A program made the translations under genes and the position numbers. From assembly GCA_964591275.1 (NCBI GenBank), contig CAZQAE010000001.1:51988-115987 (forward strand): 64,000 nucleotides of DNA. Reading direction: 5' to 3'. This document shows positions 46,698-56,526 of the stretch, piece after piece. This stretch comes from an uncultured bacterium (lineage in GTDB: Bacteria; Lernaellota; Lernaellaia; JACKCT01). Positions within the stretch are counted from its first letter, which is position 1. Each line of letters starts with the position of its first letter. The notes beneath the pieces were generated by a model. It saw only the letters and a list, made by a program, of their open reading frames with translations. It made no database searches and was not told where the DNA came from.

Positions 46698-47852
46698 TTA
46701 GTTCGCCGGGCCGCCATGCTCGTTATAATATCTGAGCGCCAACAAGGCTTCCAGATTGTCGAACGAAAATACTTCGTCGTCGCAAAATGAGCCATACATT
46801 GGGCTGATCCTGTTTTTGCTTTGAAAATACAATAGTCTTTCGATGACTTCAGCGGCGAATTTGACGTCGCCGCAACGAAGCGCGTATCGGGCTAAAAGCG
46901 CATATACGCTTGACGACTCAAAAAATTTCGTCGCTTCGCCGCTCAGGGAGTTGTACTCGGCGTATATGGCGCCGTCTTCCTTCATTTTTTCCTTGAAAAA
47001 GTTCAGGAGTTCGTGGCGGTCGTCCGGCGACGCCGTTAAAAATAATCCGCAATATAATTGGTTGATCGTATTTTGCTGGTAACCGAAATACGCTCCCCGC
47101 GAAAAGTCATATCCCTCATAAAACAACCCTGCGCCGAGTTGCCCGTTTTTAAGCATTTCATAATTACGTTTCAATATCTTTTTCCAAGTTGGGTCGAGCC
47201 GTGAAAGTTTCAGCATGGTTGGCAAATCCAAATAAGACAACTGGACCTGTGGCGCAACCGTATGCTCTCCCCAATCGCGCCAGTTGACGAAATCCCTGAG
47301 TGCATCGTCCACGACTTCATAGTTTTGGATGCTTTGCGCTACCTGCATGGCATAATCCATATAGGGTTTCGATTTCCATTGCTCATAAGCGCCCAGGCAC
47401 GCGCCGACGATGCGCAAATCATCCACGCTGGCCGTAGAGTTTGCCGTCAGTTCGCCGTCATGCGTTATTTTCCAAAAGAACAAGCCAATTTGTCCGACGA
47501 GCTTCTTTTTCGCAAATTGAAGTTGCCCGTCAAACAGCTCTTTGTCGTCTGCCGCCACAGCGTAATTCATCATGATTCCCGTGCTTTCCGACAGGAGTCC
47601 TGAACGTCTGAAATCGTCGAGGCGGAACTTTTTGAAAAAAAGATAATTTTTGACTTCCGAGGCTGTATATATTCCTCCTTCCGCAGTCATCATGCGCTTT
47701 TCAATGAAGCGCCTGCACGTCAATTCGGCCTTGACGGGATCAAGCGGTTTCCAGCACCATGCAGCCGACGCCAGGGCTGGAATGAGCGCTGCGGCGAAAA
47801 TGATGCCATAACGGATAAATCGCGAATTCACGGCGCCGCGCTGTGCGGACAT
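46698..47852 (-). CDS. Secreted glycoside-hydrolase-like protein ((alpha/alpha)6-barrel, GH8/BcsZ-like)
   Basis: AAGGAGG RBS. Signal peptide ending ALASAAW. Position in operon matches the periplasmic hydrolase slot of synthase-dependent EPS systems. Family assignment rests on weak motif similarity only. Confidence 0.45.
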   Translation of the reverse strand: MSAQRGAVNSRFIRYGIIFAAALIPALASAAWCWKPLDPVKAELTCRRFIEKRMMTAEGGIYTASEVKNYLFFKKFRLDDFRRSGLLSESTGIMMNYAVAADDKELFDGQLQFAKKKLVGQIGLFFWKITHDGELTANSTASVDDLRIVGACLGAYEQWKSKPYMDYAMQVAQSIQNYEVVDDALRDFVNWRDWGEHTVAPQVQLSYLDLPTMLKLSRLDPTWKKILKRNYEMLKNGQLGAGLFYEGYDFSRGAYFGYQQNTINQLYCGLFLTASPDDRHELLNFFKEKMKEDGAIYAEYNSLSGEATKFFESSSVYALLARYALRCGDVKFAAEVIERLLYFQSKNRISPMYGSFCDDEVFSFDNLEALLALRYYNEHGGPAN

Positions 47853-47855
47853 TCC

Positions 47856-49130
47856 TTATTCCGCCTCCTTTTCCTGAATTCGGTATCGTACGGTTTTAAC
47901 CCACTCCGTCTTCTTTTTCCTCGTGACAATGTCGAGATAAACAGAACGAGACACGACGATAATCCATAGCTGGCAGTACGTAACGTACATAATGAAGGAT
48001 AAGACAACGTTTTTAAACGATTCCTCCTCCTCCAAACTGACGGCGATAAGGGTCTGTAGGAAAAAGAGCATCATCGCCAGGAACCAGATAAAGGCGAAAG
48101 GTCCGATGAGTCCGAGTTTGACGACTCCCAACAGACCCATGATGGCGATGACGTCCGAGAGAAGCAGGGCGAAAAAGAACATGTAATACAGGCTGAACAT
48201 ATAAAAAAGATCGACCATGATCCGGCGGTTTTTCATTTGGAATGCGACGCGAAGGAACTTTCGCACGATGTAGCTGATCCCTTGCGCCCAGCGGGTTCGT
48301 TGCCGGATGAAGGTTTTCATATCCTCCGGCTCTTGTTCCCATGTCACGGCGTAGGGAATGAATTTGATTCGATAACCCATCTCATAGAGGCGAATCGAAA
48401 GTTCGGCGTCCTCGGCGACGGCGTCCTCATCGAAGCGCCCCGCCTTGTCGAGAACCTTGCGCCAGATGACGTAATTTGTGCCCGGCAGCGTGGCGAGACC
48501 GAAAAGCTTGTAACGACCGCCTTGTATGATCCACTGGAAGGTAATGAATTCGATGTTGATGAAAGGAGGCAGATAGCCGCGATCCCTGTTGATGGTGCGT
48601 ACTTTGCCGAGAACAGCTCCCAGCTTTGGATTTTCCAAAAGGTTGGCGACCAGATTGAACAGTGAGTCCGGCTCCGGATGGTTGTCGGCGTCAAAGATCG
48701 CGATGACGTCGCCCATCGAATGCTCCAGGCCGATATTCAAGGCTCGACTCTTGCCTCTGCCGCCTTCTCCCTCCGGGATGTTGACGAGCTTGACTTCGCG
48801 GTGGCGACGAGCCATGCGCGTCGTGATTTCCTCTGTCTCATCTTCACTGCCGTCATTGATCACCAGGATCTCCATGCGCTCTTTCGGATAGAGCATGGCT
48901 AGCATGGACTGGATCGTTCTTTCAATCACAATGGCTTCGTTGTGGCAGGGTATGAGTATGGAAACGAAAGGGAAGGGGAATGGTTCGTTGGCGATTCGCT
49001 GTCGTTCTTTCTCGGCTGAAACACCGTTCAGGAAAGCAAAGAAAGTCAGAAGTACATTGAACAAAAGAAACAACCAGATGCCTATAGCAGCTGATAAAAA
49101 CGCCAAGTCGATGTAAACGCTGGTGTACAT
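47856..49130 (-). CDS. Processive family-2 glycosyltransferase (PgaC/IcaA/NodC-like polysaccharide synthase)
   Basis: N-terminal TM, then GT2 domain with SILIPCHNE, DGSED and IFDADN, plus the processive QRTRWAQG (QxxRW) motif. C-terminal TM bundle. 424 aa. Confidence 0.85.
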   Translation of the reverse strand: MYTSVYIDLAFLSAAIGIWLFLLFNVLLTFFAFLNGVSAEKERQRIANEPFPFPFVSILIPCHNEAIVIERTIQSMLAMLYPKERMEILVINDGSEDETEEITTRMARRHREVKLVNIPEGEGGRGKSRALNIGLEHSMGDVIAIFDADNHPEPDSLFNLVANLLENPKLGAVLGKVRTINRDRGYLPPFINIEFITFQWIIQGGRYKLFGLATLPGTNYVIWRKVLDKAGRFDEDAVAEDAELSIRLYEMGYRIKFIPYAVTWEQEPEDMKTFIRQRTRWAQGISYIVRKFLRVAFQMKNRRIMVDLFYMFSLYYMFFFALLLSDVIAIMGLLGVVKLGLIGPFAFIWFLAMMLFFLQTLIAVSLEEEESFKNVVLSFIMYVTYCQLWIIVVSRSVYLDIVTRKKKTEWVKTVRYRIQEKEAE

Positions 49131-49131
49131 C

Positions 49132-51186
49132 TTAGGATTCTTCCCCTTTTCGTGACGCCATCCACTTCCTGGCTCCGGAAAAGGTCTTGCGGGTAATCAG
49201 GAACACCCACAGAATCAGGAAGGTGATCAAGGTCAAAATTCCCAGGATGAGGATAGCCAGAGCCACCGGATTCGTCACCCCGGAGACGGTCGGTCTGAAC
49301 AAGGTGATGTTCGATAAACCGATTTTTGGGCGTTGATACGAACCCTGCAAGACCTGCAATTCTCCCGGACGCAATGAGACATACTTATGGATATCGCCCG
49401 TGACAGTTCCGAAGGAATAGGTTTCGCCAAGAAGCTCTCCCTGGCGACTAATAGTCAGTTCGTGTTTATATTGCGAACCCAGAGTGAGAATGACCTCGCC
49501 GATTCCGCTGACGACGACCCGATCCCTTGTGGTAACTTTATTATTGAAATCCGCGAGGGAGGCGAATTCCCATTCCTGCGCGATCAGACCGTCCACGACC
49601 TCTTCCAGCAATTTCAAGTCCAGATAGGTGTGGAAGAAAAAACTGGCCCAGCCGTCGCGAACAACTTTTGTGGCCTCGGCGTCAATGAGGATCGCCTCAG
49701 GCGTGCGTCCGACTTTGGGATTCACATAACCCAGGCTTTCCGGGATGATAATCTGTTTGTGCTTGTCGGACTTTATCAGATAGGGAAAGAACTGGTCGGA
49801 GCCGAACAATTCCACGGGCATGCGCCGTTCCACCACCGTTGTGAAGTAATTGGCAAAGACGCTGTAATCCACTTGCCCCGCCGCGTAATGGGGCGTCGTC
49901 CATGCCAGGGGAAAAATGTCGTTCAGGAAACATTCATTGAGTGCGCGCTCGATTCTTACCGAGGCGAAGGTTGCGTCCCCGGCGGAAATCGGCCCGCCGA
50001 TCTCATGACTCCAAAACTCGTAATCGACCGCCGTTTCTCCCGAAATCTGGTGCGTATAACCGTGAAGGATGACCGAACCGCCGCGGCTGATAAGATATTT
50101 GATGGTCTCCTGGAACTCGGGATCGTCCGAAAGGTAGATCGTTTCGTCCGTTGCAGGATTTTTGTAAACGGGGATTAGCGTAAAGGCGAAGGGTATGCCT
50201 CTTTCATAAAGCAGGTCAGCGGCTAGCTTGAGTGGTCCCGGCTGCCGCTTTGCGTGTATGTCCTCCAGGCGCACGAAGGCGCGATGGCGTTCTTTGTGGT
50301 TTTGGCCGAGGAAATCATGCAGAATATCCGCAAAAGCCAGATAGGCGCCGCCCTCAATGGAGTAAGCCAGCGCGTCCGAAGCCACGTACCAGAAATTGTC
50401 CGAATGCACGATGTAGGGCAATTCAATCGCGGGCGGCTCGGTGGGCGGCGGCGCGAGAAACTCTGCCAAATTTGAGGAATCGAAAAGATCATATGCCCGT
50501 ATGGGTTTGACGGCCTGGCCGATGGGCATTACCGGCAGCATGGTTTCCAGGGGATTGTTCATGGGAGATTCCGCCGTACCGGGCGGGATGTCTTTTCCGT
50601 ATTCTGCGGGTTTCAGGGGATCGGCGACGAAACGGGCTGTCGCCATAACCTTGGCCAATGCCGGTCTGGTCACGTTGATAGCGAAGGTGCGCAGATCGAT
50701 TTTCGCCAGATGCCGTCCCTTGTATTCGACATCATTCGTAAGATGATTGTCCGAATCATCCACCAGACTGATGCCCCACTTATCCATGCTGTGGCGATTT
50801 TGCATGCGTTCCAGGTTGGCGCCGATCCACATGACTTGCGCCCTGGTGTCGAAAATGTCGTCGATCAAATAACTCGGCAGAGGCTGTCCGGTTTTTGTGC
50901 CCACATAAAAAACAAAAGACGCATCTTTAGCCATGCCTTTTTTGTAGCTTGCCGTTGAAATTTTCTCCAACGACACACTAAAATGGCAAAGCAATTGTGC
51001 AAGAGATTCGGCGCTGACGATTTCGCGGTTGAGACTTTCAGCGTTAGTGGGCTCATCATAGATAATAAGAACGGGTTTTCCGCCGGGGCCGAGAACTTCC
51101 TGTTCAGGCTTAAGTTGGATAAAAATGACGTACAGCACTCCCAAGATCAGCGCCAAAGCAATGAAGGGAATTAGGACTGTGCGCAT
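49132..51186 (-). CDS. DUF2334-type polysaccharide deacetylase-like protein, membrane-anchored at both termini
   Basis: N-terminal and C-terminal TM helices. Central region FAFTLIPVYKNP...VILHGYTHQ is typical of DUF2334 (CE4-like fold). Confidence 0.65.
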   Translation of the reverse strand: MRTVLIPFIALALILGVLYVIFIQLKPEQEVLGPGGKPVLIIYDEPTNAESLNREIVSAESLAQLLCHFSVSLEKISTASYKKGMAKDASFVFYVGTKTGQPLPSYLIDDIFDTRAQVMWIGANLERMQNRHSMDKWGISLVDDSDNHLTNDVEYKGRHLAKIDLRTFAINVTRPALAKVMATARFVADPLKPAEYGKDIPPGTAESPMNNPLETMLPVMPIGQAVKPIRAYDLFDSSNLAEFLAPPPTEPPAIELPYIVHSDNFWYVASDALAYSIEGGAYLAFADILHDFLGQNHKERHRAFVRLEDIHAKRQPGPLKLAADLLYERGIPFAFTLIPVYKNPATDETIYLSDDPEFQETIKYLISRGGSVILHGYTHQISGETAVDYEFWSHEIGGPISAGDATFASVRIERALNECFLNDIFPLAWTTPHYAAGQVDYSVFANYFTTVVERRMPVELFGSDQFFPYLIKSDKHKQIIIPESLGYVNPKVGRTPEAILIDAEATKVVRDGWASFFFHTYLDLKLLEEVVDGLIAQEWEFASLADFNNKVTTRDRVVVSGIGEVILTLGSQYKHELTISRQGELLGETYSFGTVTGDIHKYVSLRPGELQVLQGSYQRPKIGLSNITLFRPTVSGVTNPVALAILILGILTLITFLILWVFLITRKTFSGARKWMASRKGEES

Positions 51187-51219
51187 TTAATGCAAAACTC
51201 CGCTTTCAATCATCATCAA

Positions 51220-52074
51220 TTAAAATGCCTGATACCGTGAGTCGATAACGTTGACGAGTTCCTCCAGGTTGCCGGCGTCTTTTGGAAAATTGGAAGCTGC
51301 AATAGTCAGATCAGGAATAATCTCATCCCATTTTGATTCGATGGCCTCAATCAATTCTTCTCTTCGTTCGGCGACGCGCATCAGCACCACGTTTGTGCCG
51401 GCGGCGTTGGTTTCAGGTAGGATCAGGCCGATTTCCGTGTCCGAGTACTTGCCGATATAATCCGTGTCGCGCAGCATCTGGCGCATGAAGCGCCCCATTT
51501 CACGGAAGAGGGCGATTTCCTCTTCGGCATCGTATCGTTTTTCAAAATCTTCGAGATTGTTGATGCGCATGAAGATGAGAGACAAAGGGATATTGTAGCG
51601 TTTGACGCGTTTTATCTCGCCATTGAGCATCCATCGGAAACTTTTGAAATTGTACAGCCCCGATTCCTGGTCGGGAATGAAAGTTTCGACTTTTGTGACT
51701 TCCCGGAAAGAATCCGAGTGCCGGAAATCCAGCACTTCGGAAATGATGCCCAGAACGAATCCCACCGAAACAAGTACGCCGATGTTTGCAATACTTTCAC
51801 GGATGAAGCCGGATTGCGCCGTTCCCTGAACGATCTTGAACAGGACAAGAGAGCCGTAAACCGCCGTGGAAAGAACGGATAACAGCGCACCGTGCTTTAG
51901 CCCTTTTGTGACCGCAAGAAAGGCAATCGGAAAAGACAGGACAAAAGTCAGCGCCTTATAAGATCGAATTTGAAAGAAGTAGGCGAAGAAAATCCCGAAT
52001 AGCAAGCCCAGTATCGTCAGCGTGAACAGATCTCGATATTCAAAAGATTTTTTCGGGCCGCCTTGTCCGTTCAT
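51220..52074 (-). CDS. Membrane protein with degenerate GGDEF domain retaining RxxD I-site (PelD-like c-di-GMP receptor candidate)
   Basis: Three to four N-terminal TMs. GGDEF fold signature GLYNFKSF...LSLIFMRINNLEDFEKRYD...MLRDTDYIGKYSDTEIGLILPET. The active-site GG(D/E)EF is replaced by YSDTE. RDTD sits exactly 5 residues upstream, as the I-site does in active cyclases. Confidence 0.7.
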   Translation of the reverse strand: MNGQGGPKKSFEYRDLFTLTILGLLFGIFFAYFFQIRSYKALTFVLSFPIAFLAVTKGLKHGALLSVLSTAVYGSLVLFKIVQGTAQSGFIRESIANIGVLVSVGFVLGIISEVLDFRHSDSFREVTKVETFIPDQESGLYNFKSFRWMLNGEIKRVKRYNIPLSLIFMRINNLEDFEKRYDAEEEIALFREMGRFMRQMLRDTDYIGKYSDTEIGLILPETNAAGTNVVLMRVAERREELIEAIESKWDEIIPDLTIAASNFPKDAGNLEELVNVIDSRYQAF

Positions 52075-52253
52075 TTAGGTTTCTCCTCGTTGTTTGGACC
52101 GCGTCGAGGCAGACTCGATTGGGACGATGAGGAAGACTGCATCCTTTTATAAACGAACTTGGCCACATCTCTGACGAGAATGCCCAAAGTGATGACGATG
52201 ATGATGACAACAACGCCGATGGCGATTGTAATTAGACAGGATTCAGATTCCAC
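52071..52253 (-). CDS. Small single-TM protein, first gene of the EPS operon (PgaD-like accessory candidate)
   Basis: GGAAGG RBS 6 nt upstream of GTG 52253. TM helix ITIAIGVVVIIIVITLGIL followed by a Ser-rich tail. ATGA-type overlap with the GGDEF-like gene. Confidence 0.4.
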   Translation of the reverse strand: MESESCLITIAIGVVVIIIVITLGILVRDVAKFVYKRMQSSSSSQSSLPRRGPNNEEKPK

Positions 52254-52290
52254 GATCAACCTTCCGTATTGCTAAATTTCCCGAATTTTC

Positions 52291-52335
52291 ATCAATATCT
52301 ATTGCAACCGCTCAATCCTTCTACCAGATATTGAT
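52291..52335. promoter_or_regulatory. Perfect 10-bp inverted repeat atcaatatct ... agatattgat with 25-bp spacer upstream of the EPS operon
   Basis: Read directly. Located in the AT-rich 180-bp region between the glyS stop (52441) and the operon start (52253). Confidence 0.35.
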
Positions 52336-52440
52336 TTATTTCGTCAAGTAATTCTTTCAAAGACAGATGCGAACCCCTTGAATTATTTAAGACATTACTG
52401 GATTTCAAACATCCGATATCTTTAGCACAGCCAGAGCATA

Positions 52441-54516
52441 TTACATTTTTCTAAAATCAGCAATATTAGAAAACATGGAAGCTATATTGAGCAACAGAGA
52501 CAGGCGGTTGGAGCGGACCTTTTCTTCTTTCGCCATGACCAGAACACTGTCGAAAAAGTCGTCAACCACCGGCCTGATCTTTGCGATAAGCTCCAGGGCC
52601 TCCAAGTGCTTTCTTTTATTGACCAACTCACCTGCTTTCGTCCGGATTCCCAGATAGGCTTCCCAAAGATTCTTTTCCCTATCGTCTTCGAACAAAATGG
52701 GATCAACCGTTGATTCCACATGGCCGCCGATGATGTTTGCCACGCGCTTGAAGGCCGCGGCGAAGGCTTCGTAGTCTTTGGATCCGGAAAATTGCGCTAC
52801 GGCTTGCGTGCGGTCGACGACCTCGACCATGTCGCTAAAACGCACGGCAACGACGCCATCGACTATCTCCGAGGGAGCGCCTTCGGTCTTGAGCATATTC
52901 GACAAGCGCAATCGGAAGAACTCCGTTGCCAGTCGGAGAAGCTCGCCGGATTCCATGCGAATTTTATCCTTTGCGGCTTTGGCGGCGATGTCGATCAACT
53001 CGTCGATAGGGATGCGCCACTGTCTTTGACGCAGTATCTGGATGACGCCCAGCGCCTGGCGGCGCAATGCATAGGGGTCTCCGGCGCCGGTGGGGGCCAG
53101 TCCGACTCCCGCGCCCGCTACGATGGAATCCATTTTGTCGGCGATGGAGCATATGGCGCCAAGCTCGGTTTCCGGAAGAGCATCCCCGGCGAAACGGGGT
53201 AAATAATGCTCCCGAATCGCATCAGCCACCGTTTTAGGCTCGCCTTGCTTCAGAGCATATTCATACCCCATGATTCCCTGAAGCTCCGGGAACTCACCCA
53301 CCATATTGGTGAGCAGATCGGCCTTGAACAGTTCCAATGCCCTCGCGGTCATATCCTTTAATTCCGGCGCGAGCTTTCCGGCTAACCACTGGCCGATGAT
53401 TTGGACACGGTCGATTTTGTCCTTATAACTCCCCAGTTTCCTGTGGAATATGACGCCGTCGAGATTTTCGGCAAACTTTTCGAGCGGTGTGCGAAGGTCC
53501 TCTGCCCAGAAGAATTTCGCATCCGCCAAGCGTGCGTTGAGGACTCTTTCGTATCCTTTCGTGACCAGGTCCTTGTCGGAAACCTCAGTTCCGCTGACCG
53601 CGACAAACTTCGGCATAAGGTCCGGCGAGTCGGGACGCAGAAAGTTGAAATACCTCTGATGGCCGGCCATCGTCGTCACCAATACGGGCTTGGGCAGTTC
53701 CATATATTGGTCCGGGATCGAACCCACATGCACGACCGGCCATTCCGTCAGGCCCGTAACTTCATCAATCAACTTATCGGCGCTTTTGGCGTCGAATTCG
53801 CCGCCGATATCCCTGGCGACTTTCTCAAGGCCGTCAGCGATGAGTTTTCGTCTTTCATGATAATCCACGATAACCCGGGCGGCTTTGAGTTTGGCGCGGT
53901 AGTCCTCGTAGCCTTCAACGGAAATGGCTTGCGGACTATGAAATCGATGGCCGTAGGTGTTTGCTGTCGCTTTAACGTCGGCGAAGGACAATTCGATGGT
54001 TTCGCCGCCCAATAGTGCGGTTATCCACTGAATGGGACGCACAAATCGCTGCGGTTCAACTGACCACCTCATGGATTTGGGCCAGGGGATATCCTTTATC
54101 AGCGTTGCCAGCATCGGCCCGACAATATCCCGGGCCGGCTGGCCCACGATTTCTTTTCTGACTCCAGCTCGCGGACCCTTCGGTGTTTCTATCTTGATGA
54201 GATCCTCAGCATTTGCTCCCTGGCTTTTTGCAAATCCCGCCGCCGCTTTTGTCAAATTGCCGTCCTTATCGAAGGCGGCCTGCCAGGCGGGCCCGAGGCG
54301 CTCGGAGATTTCATCCTTTTGCACAGGCGATATATTATGTGCGTATCCGACAAGTCGCCGGGGGGTTGCCGTGACGGCGATTTCTTCAAAGTCCAGGCGA
54401 TGATGGCGCAATCCTTCGGAAAGAAGTCGCTCAAGATCGGCCATGGCGGTTTTTAAAAAACGTGCCGGGACTTCCTCAACTCCGATTTCAAAAAATAAAT
54501 CGTGCGCCATTTTCAT
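52441..54516 (-). CDS. glyS: Glycine--tRNA ligase beta subunit
   Basis: [22 protein letters not shown]-terminus. Full-length beta-subunit, about 691 aa. ATGA overlap with the glyQ stop. The longer track ORF to 54732 is an upstream in-frame extension overlapping glyQ. Confidence 0.9.
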   Translation of the reverse strand: MKMAHDLFFEIGVEEVPARFLKTAMADLERLLSEGLRHHRLDFEEIAVTATPRRLVGYAHNISPVQKDEISERLGPAWQAAFDKDGNLTKAAAGFAKSQGANAEDLIKIETPKGPRAGVRKEIVGQPARDIVGPMLATLIKDIPWPKSMRWSVEPQRFVRPIQWITALLGGETIELSFADVKATANTYGHRFHSPQAISVEGYEDYRAKLKAARVIVDYHERRKLIADGLEKVARDIGGEFDAKSADKLIDEVTGLTEWPVVHVGSIPDQYMELPKPVLVTTMAGHQRYFNFLRPDSPDLMPKFVAVSGTEVSDKDLVTKGYERVLNARLADAKFFWAEDLRTPLEKFAENLDGVIFHRKLGSYKDKIDRVQIIGQWLAGKLAPELKDMTARALELFKADLLTNMVGEFPELQGIMGYEYALKQGEPKTVADAIREHYLPRFAGDALPETELGAICSIADKMDSIVAGAGVGLAPTGAGDPYALRRQALGVIQILRQRQWRIPIDELIDIAAKAAKDKIRMESGELLRLATEFFRLRLSNMLKTEGAPSEIVDGVVAVRFSDMVEVVDRTQAVAQFSGSKDYEAFAAAFKRVANIIGGHVESTVDPILFEDDREKNLWEAYLGIRTKAGELVNKRKHLEALELIAKIRPVVDDFFDSVLVMAKEEKVRSNRLSLLLNIASMFSNIADFRKM

Positions 54517-55409
54517 TCCCCTTTTTTCAGTAGCGGGAACCCGAGTTTTTCTCGGGTTGCCAGGTATCCTTCGGCGCACAATTTGGCCAGGTTCCTCACG
54601 CGACCGATATAGGATACGCGCTCGGTGACGCTGATGGCGCCTCGCGCATCCAGGAGATTGAATACGTGCGAGCATTTCAGGCAATAGTCGTACGCCACGA
54701 GGGGAAGCGCATTTTTGGATATGTTTATGCACTCAGATTCAAATTTTTTGAACAGATCGAGAAGCATCGGAATATCGGCCAGCTCGAAGTTGTATTTTGA
54801 AAACTCCACTTCGCTCTGATGATAGACCTGCCCGTATGTCACATCGTTCACCCAGATAAGGTCATAAACGCTATCGACTTTCTGCAGGTACATCGCAATG
54901 CGTTCGAGGCCGTAGGTGACTTCAACGGAAATGGGATTAAGGTCAATCCCGCCGATCTGTTGGAGATAGGTGAATTGTGTAATTTCCATGCCGTCCAGCC
55001 AGACCTCCCACCCCAGACCCCAGGCTCCCAGCGTCGGGCTTTCCCAGTCATCTTCCACGAAGCGGATATCGTGCGCGCTCATGTCGATGCCGATTTCACG
55101 CAGACTGCCCAGGTATAGTTCCTGGATATTCTTCGGGCTGGGCTTCATCACGACCTGGAATTGGTAATAGTGCTGCAGGCGGTTGGGATTTTCGCCGTAG
55201 CGACCATCTGTCGGGCGTCGCGAAGGCTCCACGTAGGCCACGTTCCACGGTTCGGGACCAATAGCACGCAGAAAAGTGCTGGGATTGAAAGTTCCGGCAC
55301 CCACTTCCAGATCATAGGGCTGAACTATCAGGCAATTTTGCCTCGCCCAATAATTCTGCAACGTGAGGAATAGATTTTGGAAATTCAAGGGGTTCTCCAT
55401 TGGGATCAT
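54513..55409 (-). CDS. glyQ: Glycine--tRNA ligase alpha subunit
   Basis: Highly conserved [24 protein letters not shown]...GAGTFNP...[23 protein letters not shown]. Confidence 0.95.
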   Translation of the reverse strand: MIPMENPLNFQNLFLTLQNYWARQNCLIVQPYDLEVGAGTFNPSTFLRAIGPEPWNVAYVEPSRRPTDGRYGENPNRLQHYYQFQVVMKPSPKNIQELYLGSLREIGIDMSAHDIRFVEDDWESPTLGAWGLGWEVWLDGMEITQFTYLQQIGGIDLNPISVEVTYGLERIAMYLQKVDSVYDLIWVNDVTYGQVYHQSEVEFSKYNFELADIPMLLDLFKKFESECINISKNALPLVAYDYCLKCSHVFNLLDARGAISVTERVSYIGRVRNLAKLCAEGYLATREKLGFPLLKKGE

Positions 55410-55732
55410 TTGCGATGGAGCTCAAACGAAGCTCGTTTCTATACAGATAGCTTTATCGACTGTCAATTGAAAAGGCAACTCCGAAATTCACTAGTGGAAC
55501 GAGTGAACAAATCCTGTCATTGCGTTTTTTCGCATGATCGTTTTTTCGTCCGATATGCGCTGCTTCGCCTGAAATAAGAGAGCAAAAATCTACGGTATTT
55601 CTTTTTAAAATCACAAATATTGTGTCGGAATCCTTAAGTATTTTCTGATTTTTGCCGATAAGAAATATAGGGGAAGGCTCGGCAAAAAAATATTCAGGAC
55701 GTAAGCAGAAATTAAGCAAGGAGGCTTGGGCC

Positions 55733-56164
55733 ATGACTGTGGAATTTCGCCGAATCGTTGATCACTTCGCCAATGAGGCGGAAGCGGTTGTGCGTGATGA
55801 GGATTCCATCAGGCGCAGTTCGATGGAAATAGAGTTGCTCAACGGAGTGGACGAAGAGGGCGGCCAGATGCTCCACCGTTTCTTTGGGGAGCCGGTGAAA
55901 TCATCCGGGAGTCCCGCGGAGGCGGATGTCATCAACAATCCCGTCGTTAAGCAATTGGGCGGCGTGTACGTCGATCAGACGGTTTATATCAGGCGGGGTG
56001 AGGACAAAGAGTGTTTTTATGCCGCGCTTTGGCCCTGGCACATACGCCCCGGCATCGTCACTCTACATTTGGGCGTCCATGACGGAATGCAAAACCGCGA
56101 TATGAAACGGATGCTGTCGGACTGCCTGGAAGAAAATCCTAAACAAGTCAGAGAGAGTGCCTGA
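55733..56164 (+). CDS. Hypothetical protein
   Basis: AAGGAGG RBS 8 nt upstream of ATG 55733. 143 aa, no recognisable motif. Confidence 0.45.
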   Translation: MTVEFRRIVDHFANEAEAVVRDEDSIRRSSMEIELLNGVDEEGGQMLHRFFGEPVKSSGSPAEADVINNPVVKQLGGVYVDQTVYIRRGEDKECFYAALWPWHIRPGIVTLHLGVHDGMQNRDMKRMLSDCLEENPKQVRESA

Positions 56165-56496
56165 GCTTTAAACCGCATATTCCGCACAACAAATGTCCCA
56201 ACAGTTTTTCGATAAGTCCAAACTCCGCAATGGGTTTGTTGCGAGGTTCATCTATTACTTGAAAGATTCAATCTCGCTAGCTGGAACGGTTCTCATACCG
56301 AATACTATCTCGATACGCACGCCTGCCGGAGAGCTGGCTTTGGTCGACTGCGCAGAATTTGGCACAGCCGTCCCGGCTGTGTTTGGAACTCATCGGCGTC
56401 TATCGCCATGTTGGGAATGGCAAAGAGCCATCTTTTTTAAGCCAGTTTTTTCCTGGCTTGGATCACTTTCTCTATCTTGCTCCCATGACTTCTTTC

Positions 56497-56526
56497 TTGA
56501 CACTTTCGGCGTGTGCCTTGTATATT
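56497..56526 (+). promoter_or_regulatory. Putative sigma70-like promoter (TTGACA - 18 bp - TATATT)
   Basis: Consensus -35 hexamer read directly, about 115 bp upstream of the lipoprotein gene start at 56643. Confidence 0.3.

Noticed and set aside
52441-54732. 763-aa version of glyS
   Set aside because: The first 72 codons overlap glyQ in another frame and lack homology. The conserved GlyS N-terminus begins at MKMAHDL (54516), forming an ATGA junction with glyQ.
55410-55732. T-box riboswitch upstream of glyQS
   Set aside because: No match to the conserved T-box sequence or specifier/antiterminator arrangement was visible on the glyQ strand. Left as a low-interest item pending a covariance-model search.
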